A stretch of 64,000 nt of DNA. Origin: Fimbriosthenelais zetlandica (Eukaryota). Location: assembly GCA_977030845.1 (NCBI GenBank), contig OZ365112.1, forward strand, positions 24,552,001-24,616,000, in the 5' to 3' direction. This document shows, one piece after another, positions 53,390-64,000 of the stretch (position 1 is the first letter of the stretch; every line of letters starts with the position of its first letter). The position numbers and the translations under genes are program-made. Below the pieces are notes generated by a model that ran no database searches, was not told where the DNA came from, and saw nothing but the letters and a program-made list of their open reading frames with translations.

Positions 53390-53716
53390 ACGCCATATAC
53401 ACCAAATGATGCACCTTTTTACTCCTTGCAGTAACAAGCTATGAATCCTCTAAGGTGTGATCATTTGGTTGGTGGAACATTGAATGAGCTGCAACCGGAA
53501 GGAATGTTGCGCATGCTCAGAATGATTTGGTTAAGACGATTCAACGAACGCAGACAAGTTTTGACTATGCATGCGCAAGTAATGTGATCAAAATGACACG
53601 GAAGTATTTTTGCTCCTGTTTTTAGGGATACAATATGAGCAAGACCGCTTGGGGAAAAACTGCTCCGACTCTTTAGCAAGGCAACCAACACGCCAACAAC
53701 CAAATTAGTCAATGAG
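53390..53716 (+). ncRNA. Candidate non-coding exon (end uncertain: 53454 or 53716)
   Basis: Acceptor tttcccctttttttcctcag|A; donors AAG|GTGTGA (53454) or GAG|GTATGG (53716); stops in all frames. Confidence 0.3.
53495..53605. promoter_or_regulatory. ETS / NRF1-like motif cluster
   Basis: CCGGAAG 53495; TGCGCATGCTCA 53508-53519; TGCATGCGCA 53568-53577; CGGAAGT 53599. Confidence 0.4.
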
Positions 53717-56241
53717 GTATGGAATGCAGTTAATAAATTGCGATGTACTAACTAGTGGAATGGTCAAGTGAACAATACATTGCGCTAAATGCAGCCAAAT
53801 CTCAATTGGAGGGCAAAAATAAACCATAGAGCTTCATTTTAAATGTCATCCCTCTGTATGAACTTCCTTCATCACCGAATATCAAATTAGGTAATAACTC
53901 GCGACAGTATCGCAAGGCAGTGTGCTTGCAGGTATACACACTCATGCAAGTAAGCTTATATGGGGCATACGCTCTTCGCTTGTTAATGGGGAAAGCTTGT
54001 ATGCTGATCGCTGCAAGCCAGTTGGCGTGCTGCTAAATGATTAAATTATCATCTGCATGGTGAACTAATCAGAACAACCAAATATAAAAAGCATTTTGAG
54101 GCAAGAAATTAATCGTCTTCCCTCGGCAGCATCTCGCTATATGCAATTTACTAAAATGGATGGGCGACTGCTTCAGAGGGAACAGAAAGCTTGGGAAGCT
54201 TCCCAAGGGGAAAACATAGGGATATACTATCCCCTGTGAACATCAGTCTCTAACAATGTTATACGCTACGTACAATAGTTTCCCGGGTGGAAAATAACCT
54301 TGGAGAAATGGACGACCTTGAAGTAAGACATGGGAATGCGATCGATCAATATAACAGTATTTGTGGTGTGAAGAAATGCTCAGTTACACATGAAATGGTC
54401 CAATACATGATGAGGGTTGGATGAAGTGTACATAATAGGAAAGGTCCTCTAGATAATGTAGGAGATAGCAAGACCTTGATTATTACAATTCAATGATGCC
54501 GGCGGAAGTTCTATTTTGTCTCTCAAAAGTGTTCTCAAGTCTTTTAAGAATAATACTTTTTCTCCCCTATAGTTCTAGATATACACATCAACTGTTGATA
54601 TATATTCTAGCTTTGTGACCACTACAGTAACTGGAAATCGAAGATGGGGAGACGATAACATTGCCCGACAGGGCCATTTCAGAGTAAATTATTCATTCAT
54701 GATTTGCATTGGATCTGTTGTGCTTGAACGTCCTCGAAGAAGATATCATGGTATAAAGCAAAAGAACTTAATTCCTTCAATAATGAAATTCCAAAAGAAA
54801 AAAAATACAGCAAAGGAATTTTCACATGCCAAGCAATGCAATTATCTACCCCCTTATTCGGAATTGAATGCAATAAAAATAAGCAATTGCAGTAGGAATG
54901 GTGAAAGAGTAAAACCTAAGGGAGATCCTACAGCCAAGCCAGATCTCTAGAGCCCCACCCACGCATGCTTGGGACCTCCACCCACCTACACATTGCTTGC
55001 TGGGGCAGTTCCAGCAGCACCAACAGCAGCTGTACCTCAGCAGCAGGAGTCAGACCACGTTCGCTCTACCTGTTTTTGCTCATTTCTCTGTCAAAGACAG
55101 ATCAAACTACATCGAGTAAATTGGGTTAGCCCTGCCACGAAGGAGCCGGGCACTGAGGGCCGGACGAGTTCATCTAGCTTCTGTTGGCGATCACAGGATC
55201 GTGGAAGGAGGAAAGGACATCTTTTTAGGTTTTACTGCCATCAGGGGAAGAGGAAAGTATGCGGTAGAAAAAGGGCCAGTTGGGACGTCAGGTTTTGCCC
55301 TTAATGTTTGCTTTCCCAGTCAGTTGTCTATTCTAGTAAAGGGCCTCTCTTGAGATAAGACTTGTTTGGAGATCAGGGGCCGGGGGGCAATGAGCAAATG
55401 AGCATTGAAGTAAGTACATGATTTTAACGAGCGGGGAGGATAATTTCTCACAGCGAGATAACTCAAGTCTGCTGCAAGCCACAATCTACAGCCATCAGTA
55501 GACCTACTCGGCGTAGGTTTGTCTTAATAGTAATGGAACAAGGAAAACGAGTATAGCCACAGAGCTGGATGTAGAATGCCTTTGATTATAATTTCTTGGG
55601 ATGGCATGGGATTGTGTATGAATAATCTGTATGATAAATGATGGGATATAGGTGAAGATTAACGTTAACACCGATTCTACATTCTACATAATGCATCACT
55701 TTCGTGATCATCTGGGGGCTTGTTTCATAAGTATTAGATGCGCTAGATTGGCCAGTGGTAAGACTATGGGCTAATATAGAGCATGATTTCTTTTGAATGG
55801 GGCCCCTGCCGTTGGACAACTATAGGAATGCCAAACAGCAATGTAGTCAAAAGAGAATTTTCTCCTCTTTTATGTACTTTTGAAAAATAAAACCATTGAG
55901 ATAACTTCAATGGCATTTTACAGGGATCTCCTGAAGTTCAAGCATCATGATGCCTTCTCCTTTTTTCCTTGGATGCAAAACCAAGGGTAAAGGGTGCAAA
56001 AATCAACGATAATACAATATGCTGACAACCTGTGAGCCCCTTGACAGCTCCGAGCTTCTCTGTAAATCTCTCCGGGAGAGTCTTTCTATATCTGGGAGCC
56101 TGAAGCAGTCGGGCTTCCCTGCACGTGAGCGATATCACCGGTGAATAGGGCAACGCGACCCCATCGCCACAGGACAAGAAATCGCTATGACAACGCCCTG
56201 CACCAAGCTCCAGACCATCGCTACCTCTTAATTGCTCTTAC

Positions 56242-56293
56242 TTTCTCAAGGGGGCTGCTGGTGGCGATGCTGAATGCGCAAGCGCGACCGGAA
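56242..56293 (-). promoter_or_regulatory. ETS/NRF1-like patch followed by a minus-strand donor (candidate first exon)
   Basis: Minus strand TTCCGGTCGCGCTTGCGCA (56293-56275), then AAA|GTAAGA after 56242. Confidence 0.35.
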
Positions 56294-57481
56294 CTGAATC
56301 TGTATGCTTCCACAGGACTGCCCAGCATGGTACTAGCCGAGAGCCTGAGTGGGAGACATTTTAGACTTTATGCCATAAAAACCTGACTATTTTACATCAA
56401 AGTCTGCCTCACTTTAGATAAGATAGCATAGTGAGTTTGTCATTGCACACAAGACCTTACGGAATAACATGGAACTTCGCTATCCCAGAGGAAGAAGTTA
56501 TTTTTCTCATAACGCTAGGTACTAGACAATATTGATACATGATATCATCCAATACATTTAGGCACGATCGTTTCCTGTAGTCCAGGACTATACATAACCC
56601 TCATCTTGCTGTAAAAGTCGAATGAGCCAATCCCTTTGCAAAGGTTGAATGCATTTTGAATGATTTGCATTCGTACTTCTCCTCTCGGCTGAGATGCCAT
56701 TGAAATTACAGAAATCAGTAATTAGTTATAATCTTTCACTGCAGTGTCGGGCTGATCATTAGTTTAATCAGGCAAACAGCACCCATTACATGTCCTTGCT
56801 ATAATGCTATAACTCTGGTCCAAACATACCGAAAACTCACAATGAATGTACATGTCAGAATAACATCCCTCCCCATCTAGCCAGGATTTCTGCTCAATTG
56901 CATCTTCTCCGGCGGTGGTTTAACATTTTCATGTAATTCTCTACTGAGAATCTCAAAAATACCTTCTACTACCATTACACAACCTTTTAACCAACACATG
57001 AGGCAACCTAGTCACTAATCACTAAGTAAATATAGTATTTAATAATCTCTTTCTGCCATTATGTAAGAAAGTTATAAGCTTTGTATAGGAATTTTTCTAA
57101 CAATAGGAAAATATACATTTTTTTTTCGTATGACCCATATCACCAAAAATATGATTGTGTTAAAATAGAATGATCATAAACAGCTATTATCAATTGGCTG
57201 ACACGCGTCCTAGTTAATTGAAGTCTCTTCAAAAAGGAATGATTTAAATATTGATACATTTCCTCTTATATATATCTTACACTTATATAGCGAGTCTCTG
57301 GTGAAAAATAGTACTGAATCAGCATCCAAGTGGACAACCCGTCGATGGTGTATCTTTTTTTTGTACAAGTTATTTGTAATTACCTACGATGGGATTGAAT
57401 CTAAGGAGGGAGAACTAGTGACACCTTTCGGGTCCTACATCTGGAGCTAAACTATTGGTCGGGCCCCAAACCTCAACACAA

Positions 57482-57575
57482 TCACGTGACAATCACGAGG
57501 GCACGACCTCAGTGACACCTATCAGAGAAACCATCAACCATTTGAGGGCGGGACACGTTGAATCTACGACGGAAG
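57482..57575. promoter_or_regulatory. E-box / GC-box / ETS cluster 3' of the Mist gene
   Basis: TCACGTGAC 57482-57490; GGGCGGG 57546-57552; CGGAAG 57570-57575. Confidence 0.35.
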
Positions 57576-58466
57576 CTCTATATGGTGATTTTTAACTACC
57601 TTGATTTATCAATTTCACCTTTTCAGAGGCAATTGTCTGACACATCATTATATATTTCATTGAATATACAACTCTATGTATAATATGTTTGTAATAATAA
57701 ACATCAGCATCATAGGTGTGTTTGTGGAATAACATTAACAACAACCAGTATATCATTAGTCATTATCATCGTCTGTCTTCTTCACTCACTCCTCATTGTC
57801 CTTAAACATCATAAGTATATGCCTTCTGTTTTCAGTGAATGTGGCTTGCACCTTTGTTTAAAATATACAACTTTCAGGTCTCCACAAGCCAGACCTAATT
57901 TAATCAGTGAAACTCAAAAATTTGCACAGGGTGTTTGTTAAGCGTCGCATGAGACGCAACTCAATCCATCAGCTCTGCTCGGTGACCTTTCCCTCCTCAG
58001 ATTTCTTTTTTCCTAAAGGCGTGTGGAATGTAGTGTCTGCATGATGAATTTGTCACTGGGTAGGCCTTTTAAGGAACATGCCCTTGGAAACAGGATTCAA
58101 CCTTGTAAATTTCACTTTGAATATTTCACTCAAGAAGAAATGCATGCAATGCGCCTTGGAAATCTGTTTCTTTTTTTGGTGAGGGCAGCGCACGACCAGT
58201 TTTAAACGCTCTTAAATAAAGAGAAACACGTTATGAAGATTCACTGTAAAATTCCAATCATGAGGGGGTCAGCCGAGGCCCCAGCGCCTTTAAGATTTAT
58301 AGATCAGACCCTGCTGATGCTTTGTCCCTCTTGTGTACAAGGAATATCATTGCATTGACGTTGTTGCTTAGTGCCTCCTGCTTCGCCACTTTCCTACTTT
58401 TATATCAAAAATAAAACTGTGGAAATCCTTGATAACAGGGTTGTAACATGTCGCTTGTGTTTGCAG

Positions 58467-58531
58467 ATAGCTTTCGGATTTGACCATTGATCTGTGAAAA
58501 CCTGAACTTCCTTTATTTCCTCCTTGCAACA
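58467..58531 (+). ncRNA. Candidate non-coding exon (65 nt) antisense and just 3' of the Mist gene
   Basis: Acceptor tcgcttgtgtttgcag|A; donor ACA|GTGAGT; stops in all frames. Confidence 0.4.
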
Positions 58532-58611
58532 GTGAGTCAATTGTCCTTTAGTCAATGGCAACAATTCAGTAACTGTCTCATATATAATTCTTTCCCTGTC
58601 CTATACATAAG

Positions 58612-58617
58612 TTTATT
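58612..58617 (-). promoter_or_regulatory. Candidate polyadenylation signal (AATAAA) for the Mist/dimm mRNA
   Basis: TTTATT on + at 58612-58617, about 390 nt downstream of the stop codon. Motif only. Confidence 0.3.
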
Positions 58618-59002
58618 CCTTTCAAACATGTTCCAAAGTCATAACATTTTTGGCCTCGATTGCACAAGAATGATCTTCCTTCTGACGAATCATTAAGTAA
58701 TCAGTAACAGAAGACGATTCGTCAGAAAACATGATGTAATACATTGGATGGACACTGACATAGATATCTATAACCTGTATGGTGACAAAACCTGGGCTCA
58801 GTTCAGTTACTCTCTTTGTCTGACACGAGCAGGAGGTGGAAAGCTCCTGTAGCCCCACATCACACTTTCAGAAAACATGCTATAAGTTGCCCAGGCCTCA
58901 AGTCCCTGCACAATGCTGATAAATTGGTGCATTGTATCTCAAAATGATCAGTCCCTTCTCATGCGGGGCTATGTGTTAATGAAGGAAACACAACGTGCTT
59001 CA

Positions 59003-59893
59003 TTAAATGTTCGTGTCATCCTCAAACGCCTCAATGTCCAGTAACTCATTCGGCGGGATATCCTGCTCAGCCGCTGCTGGCGTGCTCACGAAATCTGTTT
59101 TGCCTTTCGCTGAAGGCAAAACCTCGTTGTTGGATGACATTGTGTCGTCATCCATGTCTGCCTCTGACGTCTCACTGTTCCCTTGTAATCTTTTCTCCTC
59201 GTCTTTCTCTTCATCTTTCTCTTCATCTTTCTCCTCGTCCTCCTCCTCGTCCTCGTCCACCTCTTCCTCTGAGTTGACCATCTCTTTGTCGTCACCGAGC
59301 TCACCGCCCTCCTCTGGGGTGAGGTCTTTGTAGGGCAACTCTTCACCACGTATGTCACAGATTACATTCGTCAGACTTTTGATATAGTTCTTGGCTAGTG
59401 TCAGTGTCTCGATTTTCGACAGTTTCCGGCCTAGTCTCACATGAGGGATAACTTCCCTGAGTTCCTGGAAGGCGTCATTCAGCGAATGCATGCGTTGACG
59501 CTCACGTTCGTTGCTCTCCAACCTTCTCATGTTGCGCTCGCGGGCGGAAACGCCTTTCCGCCGCCGCGTTGACTTTCTTTGGGGTGCTTTACCTCCAGAA
59601 CCAGCAGTTCGCTGGTTTCTCTCAGTGAAAGCCTCGTCATTGGTGGAACTGACGCCGGAATCTGAAGGTGGAGAGCCGGGTGAGTTGCTCATTTGGCGTC
59701 TATTTCTCATGTGATAGTCAGTAGGTCGGGAGATGCTCGTGTCCCACGAGGATTCGGTGGGTTCAACAGCTAGGGAGTTTTCTCCAGCGTAACTCTGGCA
59801 GTTGGGCGGCGCATCCCCCTCAGCGACACGCAGCTCCAGCATGTGAGCCATCATAGCATTGGTTTTACCACCTCCAGCTCGTGAACGCATCTC
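59003..59893 (-). CDS. bhlha15: Mist1/dimmed (bhlha15-family) bHLH transcription factor, main coding exon (ATG at 59890 or spliced to an upstream exon; stop 59005-59003)
   Basis: Translation contains [64 protein letters not shown] (bHLH 59372-59527), matching the Mist1/Dimm signature ([24 protein letters not shown]....[15 protein letters not shown]). Acceptor gtgtgttctctttgcag|GAG ATG at 59894/59893 shows the first 19 aa of the ORF-track call are intronic. Orthology is by recalled family motif, not a search. Confidence 0.95.
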   Translation of the reverse strand, partial: EMRSRAGGGKTNAMMAHMLELRVAEGDAPPNCQSYAGENSLAVEPTESSWDTSISRPTDYHMRNRRQMSNSPGSPPSDSGVSSTNDEAFTERNQRTAGSGGKAPQRKSTRRRKGVSARERNMRRLESNERERQRMHSLNDAFQELREVIPHVRLGRKLSKIETLTLAKNYIKSLTNVICDIRGEELPYKDLTPEEGGELGDDKEMVNSEEEVDEDEEEDEEKDEEKDEEKDEEKRLQGNSETSEADMDDDTMSSNNEVLPSAKGKTDFVSTPAAAEQDIPPNELLDIEAFEDDTNI

Positions 59894-60247
59894 CTGCAAA
59901 GAGAACACACACAACTCATTTAAAAAAGTTATCAGGTAAAAATCCAACACTTAATAATGCTGATGCAAACTCTTTTTCTGTGCAATTCGAGTTCACATGT
60001 TAATTGATTGCAATGGCTGGTGATTTACACATGGATTACTGACAATTTTGTCATGCAAAGAGGTCTGTTTATAGTATAAAGACATTCAGAGATGTTTGCC
60101 TTTGTTGGTGTCGAGTCTCATTAACGGTTCTATCTGTATATATCTATATTTGTATTTAACATTCCAGATAAGTAAATCCACTGCTCTGACTGGAGGGCAT
60201 TGTTTTGTTATTTTCTTGCGCATATAATGATCTCATTCTTTTAACAG

Positions 60248-60289
60248 ATTTATTAGATGATGAAATCCATGCACTAAATTTTCCACAAG
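60248..60289 (+). other. Candidate 42-nt plus-strand exon inside the predicted Mist intron
   Basis: Acceptor ctcattcttttaacag|A; donor AAG|GTATTG; symmetric length. Confidence 0.25.
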
Positions 60290-60966
60290 GTATTGCTAAG
60301 ATATATGACCGCCAGTCTCCTGACATAAAAGGGACCTTATATGTGCTTTATTTCACCATGGTTTGGCTATACCAAGTGTCTGCCCATACTGGAGAGGATA
60401 TACTTGATGTATATCAACTGTCTCCTCTTCCTTCCAGGCGCCTTTATGATTCATTAGAGCTCTGAGATCATGACCCATGGAGAGCAGGTCAGCTTGGACA
60501 CAACTGGACCGATCATTCCCCTACTGGCCCAGTCAAGCTCCCACGCCACCTCAAGATTTATCATTTTAAATATTCACGAAGCACATGAAAACAGTTGGGC
60601 AGCAATCCAGGAAGGTCTTAAGGCGACCATCACCGGGCTTCCGGGCCTTCAGCGTCTTCTGAGGAGAGAAATTTTAAAGGGGCCAGAGTGTAATGATTGC
60701 GCCGGAGTGTACATTTAAGGCGGCTCAGCGCTCCAGTATTGACAAGCCTGAATAAATAAGCCACTGCCTTTTTTTAGGAAAGGGACCAATTGACTGACAC
60801 CACATCATAGAGAAGTGTATCTAGACACCCTATAGCATTGTTTGCTTAGGAAAAAGCACGGGCTGCCTTTTATAACACAGCCAGTCCAAACTGGTGTGTC
60901 TATACTTCAGACTGAAATATTCAGTACGCTATAGGAGGCATCGCATGTGGTCAATCTCCCACTCAC

Positions 60967-60990
60967 CGTTTGACCTTCGTCATTAGCCAT
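60967..60990 (-). CDS. bhlha15: Probable first coding exon of the Mist/dimm gene (MANDEGQT)
   Basis: Minus strand reads ATG GCT AAT GAC GAA GGT CAA ACG|GTGAGT. The consensus donor is phase 0 and joins in frame to GAG ATG CGT at 59893; predicted intron 59894-60966. Confidence 0.55.
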
Positions 60991-63900
60991 TGACACACAT
61001 TCCTGTATGCATGTTAAGCACACGAGCATTAAATTGCTCATACATTTATGTAGAGGTTTCTATGCATATCCAATTGCAAGACGTATCAATTCGCACTTTG
61101 GACAGATGTGATTGGGAGTATGAAATCGTGAAATGTCAGCAGCAGAAGGTGTTATGAAATAAGACCTGGTAAGTGTAGGCGTGAAGCAATAATGACGGCC
61201 AAGGTTTGATTTCGCCTCTCATATTGTTGTAATATGCATCGAGTCCATGGCCATTTTTCATCCTAACATTTTCACTTTGTACACAAAACCTCAGATGGAT
61301 CGGCAAGTGATGGCCTTTTGATGGATGCACATGGTTGGAGGGAACACAGTACGGCCCAGACCGTGTTGACAAACTGGTCGTAAAATTAACATTCATGCAT
61401 TTTTAATGATGCTTGATAGCTAGGGCCTAGCTGAGGTCTGCTAGTACGCCTGTATCCATATCACTCCACTCCCAGTATGACTGGAGGATACCAAGAAAGG
61501 ATGCTGAATAATTCAATTAAACAATAGCAACAATGTCATATTGTGCTTGTTCATTCATCAAACCAATTCATTCTCATTATCTCCTAGCGACTCTTTTGTT
61601 GTGCCATAATTATGAAATGGACTCTTTTGTGAGTTTTTGAAATCTATTATGGCAAGGACAATGATAGGTAAGCTTAGTTTCATCATAACTGAATAGAACC
61701 CCTGCTCGAGCAGATTTCATTGCACGGAAGAGCTGAAAAAAGAAGAATGGCCTTAACTCCAGGTACTCGCTTCTCCCAGGGAGATAGAGAGCTTTAGGTA
61801 AGGAATTTAACCAGGGGAGTCTACTTATGGCTGCTTGAATAACTTATATCTATCAGCTTTGCATTGCCTCGATCCTGAAATTGTCCACAGAACCAGGGGT
61901 CTGCTGATAGGGTGAAGCAGCCTGCACTGACTGACCTACCTCATGATGGATAAGCCCTCATATCCGGTCCCGTTCAAGAGCATCCCTGAGCTATTGACCA
62001 ATGATTCTGACCTCCAAACTAATCAGGGTTTCAATGATAGAAACGGGACTGTCATTCCAGACAAATACGTCATATAATTAAGGTGCACTGCAGGAAAGTA
62101 TAAGCACTTAGGTGAATAATGTATTATGAAGTATAGCTCAAGTTTGGGGGTATTTGTTCGAAGGCTAAAAACAGGGAAATGGCACCGGAGGCAACACAAT
62201 GATATGGAGGTCACCAGTCGATGGTTCTCTGAATGTTGATACGGTTGGCCTTGAGATACCATGCATAATCATTCTGATATCGACATTTTTTCCACTTATC
62301 CTTGCTGAAAAGCCTTGTCATTGACCCCTATGCAGACTGAGATGTGCCGCTGAATCAGATTGAAGTGGACATAAGGACGTGTTGGCTTTCCCAACAATTC
62401 TATCAGCTCTCTCACCCGGAAGTTGTCGTGGGTTCAAGAACTCAGATCCCCCGGGATGTTGCGTGACCCTCAGCTTCCCACACGGCAGCAGCGTGTCCTC
62501 CCCTGACCGACTGCCCTCCCAGCTCAACTATCAGGCAATCTCCGCACATGTAATCCTTCCCTACTGCTTACAATTCTAAACCAGCATATATCAACACTAA
62601 AAGGCTCACCAAGTTATCCCTATAGATTAAATGGAAACATTTATGTGAGCTCGAGGAAAACAAGAGCTACTTGGTATACATCTCTGTATTGAGTGGAACC
62701 CCATGTGGAGTTGGATTGTATGTATAATGATATGTGACTAAGATGCGAGCCCCTGGTTGTAAGCCTGCTAATGATCAAGTTCTTTGTAGGGCTTTTATAC
62801 GGAGTGATAGCCCGAGTGACCAGGGGCTTACCGACACTGACGACACTCGTGCAACCACTCTGTCACAATCCATCCTCCCTGTTGTTCATCTTTATTGTGG
62901 GTCACTATAGGCTCTTGTCAGATACAGTTCTCCCTTCTTTGAAAGCATTACTGTGGACCATCCAAAATAGCCTTTATGGCATTGAAACCATATTCCAGGC
63001 ACAGTCTCACAGAGTCTTTCTTAATGCGGGCAATGTCTGAAAGGTATTTGAAAGGTCATCTCTGCATGGTTGCAGCTGGTGTTTTTCTCTGAGCTGGATC
63101 TCAGGAGAACTTCGATATCAAAACAGGAAACAAAGAGTCAAAACTAGTTCAAGTACTGGACAGTGAGTGGCAGAAATGACAATAGATGAACAGATAAAAA
63201 ACACGAATCCAAGCAGCAAGAAGTAATGCTGGGTAGAACTGATTTTGTTTTATAATGAATCTCGATGGAATGGGCTCAACATGTGATTGGGTGTCGAGCA
63301 GATGTAAATGTCATGCTGACAGCGGAAGGTGCTGCGTTAATGGAAATTTGACCTCCTCCACTTCTTAAGTGCCCACATGTAAAAGGAGCTAATCCCAAAT
63401 TGAAACAAGCCATGGTGATGAAATCGGATGGATATAAGATGAGGTCATATAACACCAATGAAACCCAGGTTTTAATTTACAGGAATTTCAAAATAAATTA
63501 TTGTGAATTTGCATGAACAGCAGAATCCCTGGGGGAACCATGTTTGTCGTTGAGAAATCAGACATGATCTGTACATGACCAGAAGAGGCGTGAAACACCA
63601 AGTGATGAACAAGACGACATAGCTCTGACACTGGGGAGTTTAATCTAGCAGAGGCGTTACATAGGAAAGCAGTAACACATTAGCGTGACAATGACAAACC
63701 TTGTCCTGATATTCCATTGATAAGGATGATGCATGAGATGGTTGAGGAATCAGCGAGAAAATCTTTTGATGAATAATCTGGAGCAGCGAGCCTGTACAAG
63801 CATGGTAGGATTAGCATCAATCCATCAAGAGCACATACATAGAGCCCTTCATCAATAAACTAAGCCCCATCAATGCATTGAATATGATCCTCCACTCAGT

Positions 63901-64000
63901 GTTATACACAAAGGGGATAATTAGCCGTGTATGCCACTTGGCTACATTGAGCCCCACAATGTCATTCTACTTAAGTAGACATTTTTCACACCCTCTATAA

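Noticed and set aside
55938-56177. PERFTEKLGAVKG resembling the start of a gypsy RT
   Set aside because: Downstream conserved motifs are not recoverable in any frame examined.
59007-59714. ORFs 59007-59333(+), 59086-59358(-) and 59511-59714(+)
   Set aside because: Antisense or alternate-frame shadows of the GC-rich Mist CDS.
62748-62828. 10-bp inverted repeat AGCCCCTGGT...ACCAGGGGCT
   Set aside because: Short arms, 61-nt spacer, no TSD or other support.

Overview
Intron-rich, AT-rich, gene-poor animal genomic DNA, probably from an invertebrate bilaterian; the taxon cannot be fixed from sequence alone. The only confidently identifiable protein-coding gene is a Mist1/dimmed (bhlha15-family) bHLH factor on the minus strand. 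Its main coding exon is 59003-59893, with a probable 24-nt first coding exon at 60967-60990. Nearly all other entries in the ORF track look like chance ORFs, repeat translations or antisense shadows. The non-coding part is unusually structured. It has about ten short CpG-rich patches carrying ETS, CCAAT, RFX or NRF1-like motifs, several followed by good splice donors. It also has a bidirectional triple-CCAAT promoter candidate (34.9-35.25 kb) and chains of stop-containing exons on both strands, suggesting spliced lncRNAs; one would straddle the Mist gene antisense. A 34-43 kb block holds a perfect 16-bp VNTR, a palindrome/hairpin cassette duplicated as a 103-bp unit, oppositely skewed flanks, a MITE-like element and two tandem tRNA relics. 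Decayed retroelement-like fragments are suggested at low confidence. All motif and family calls were made by eye; no searches were run.
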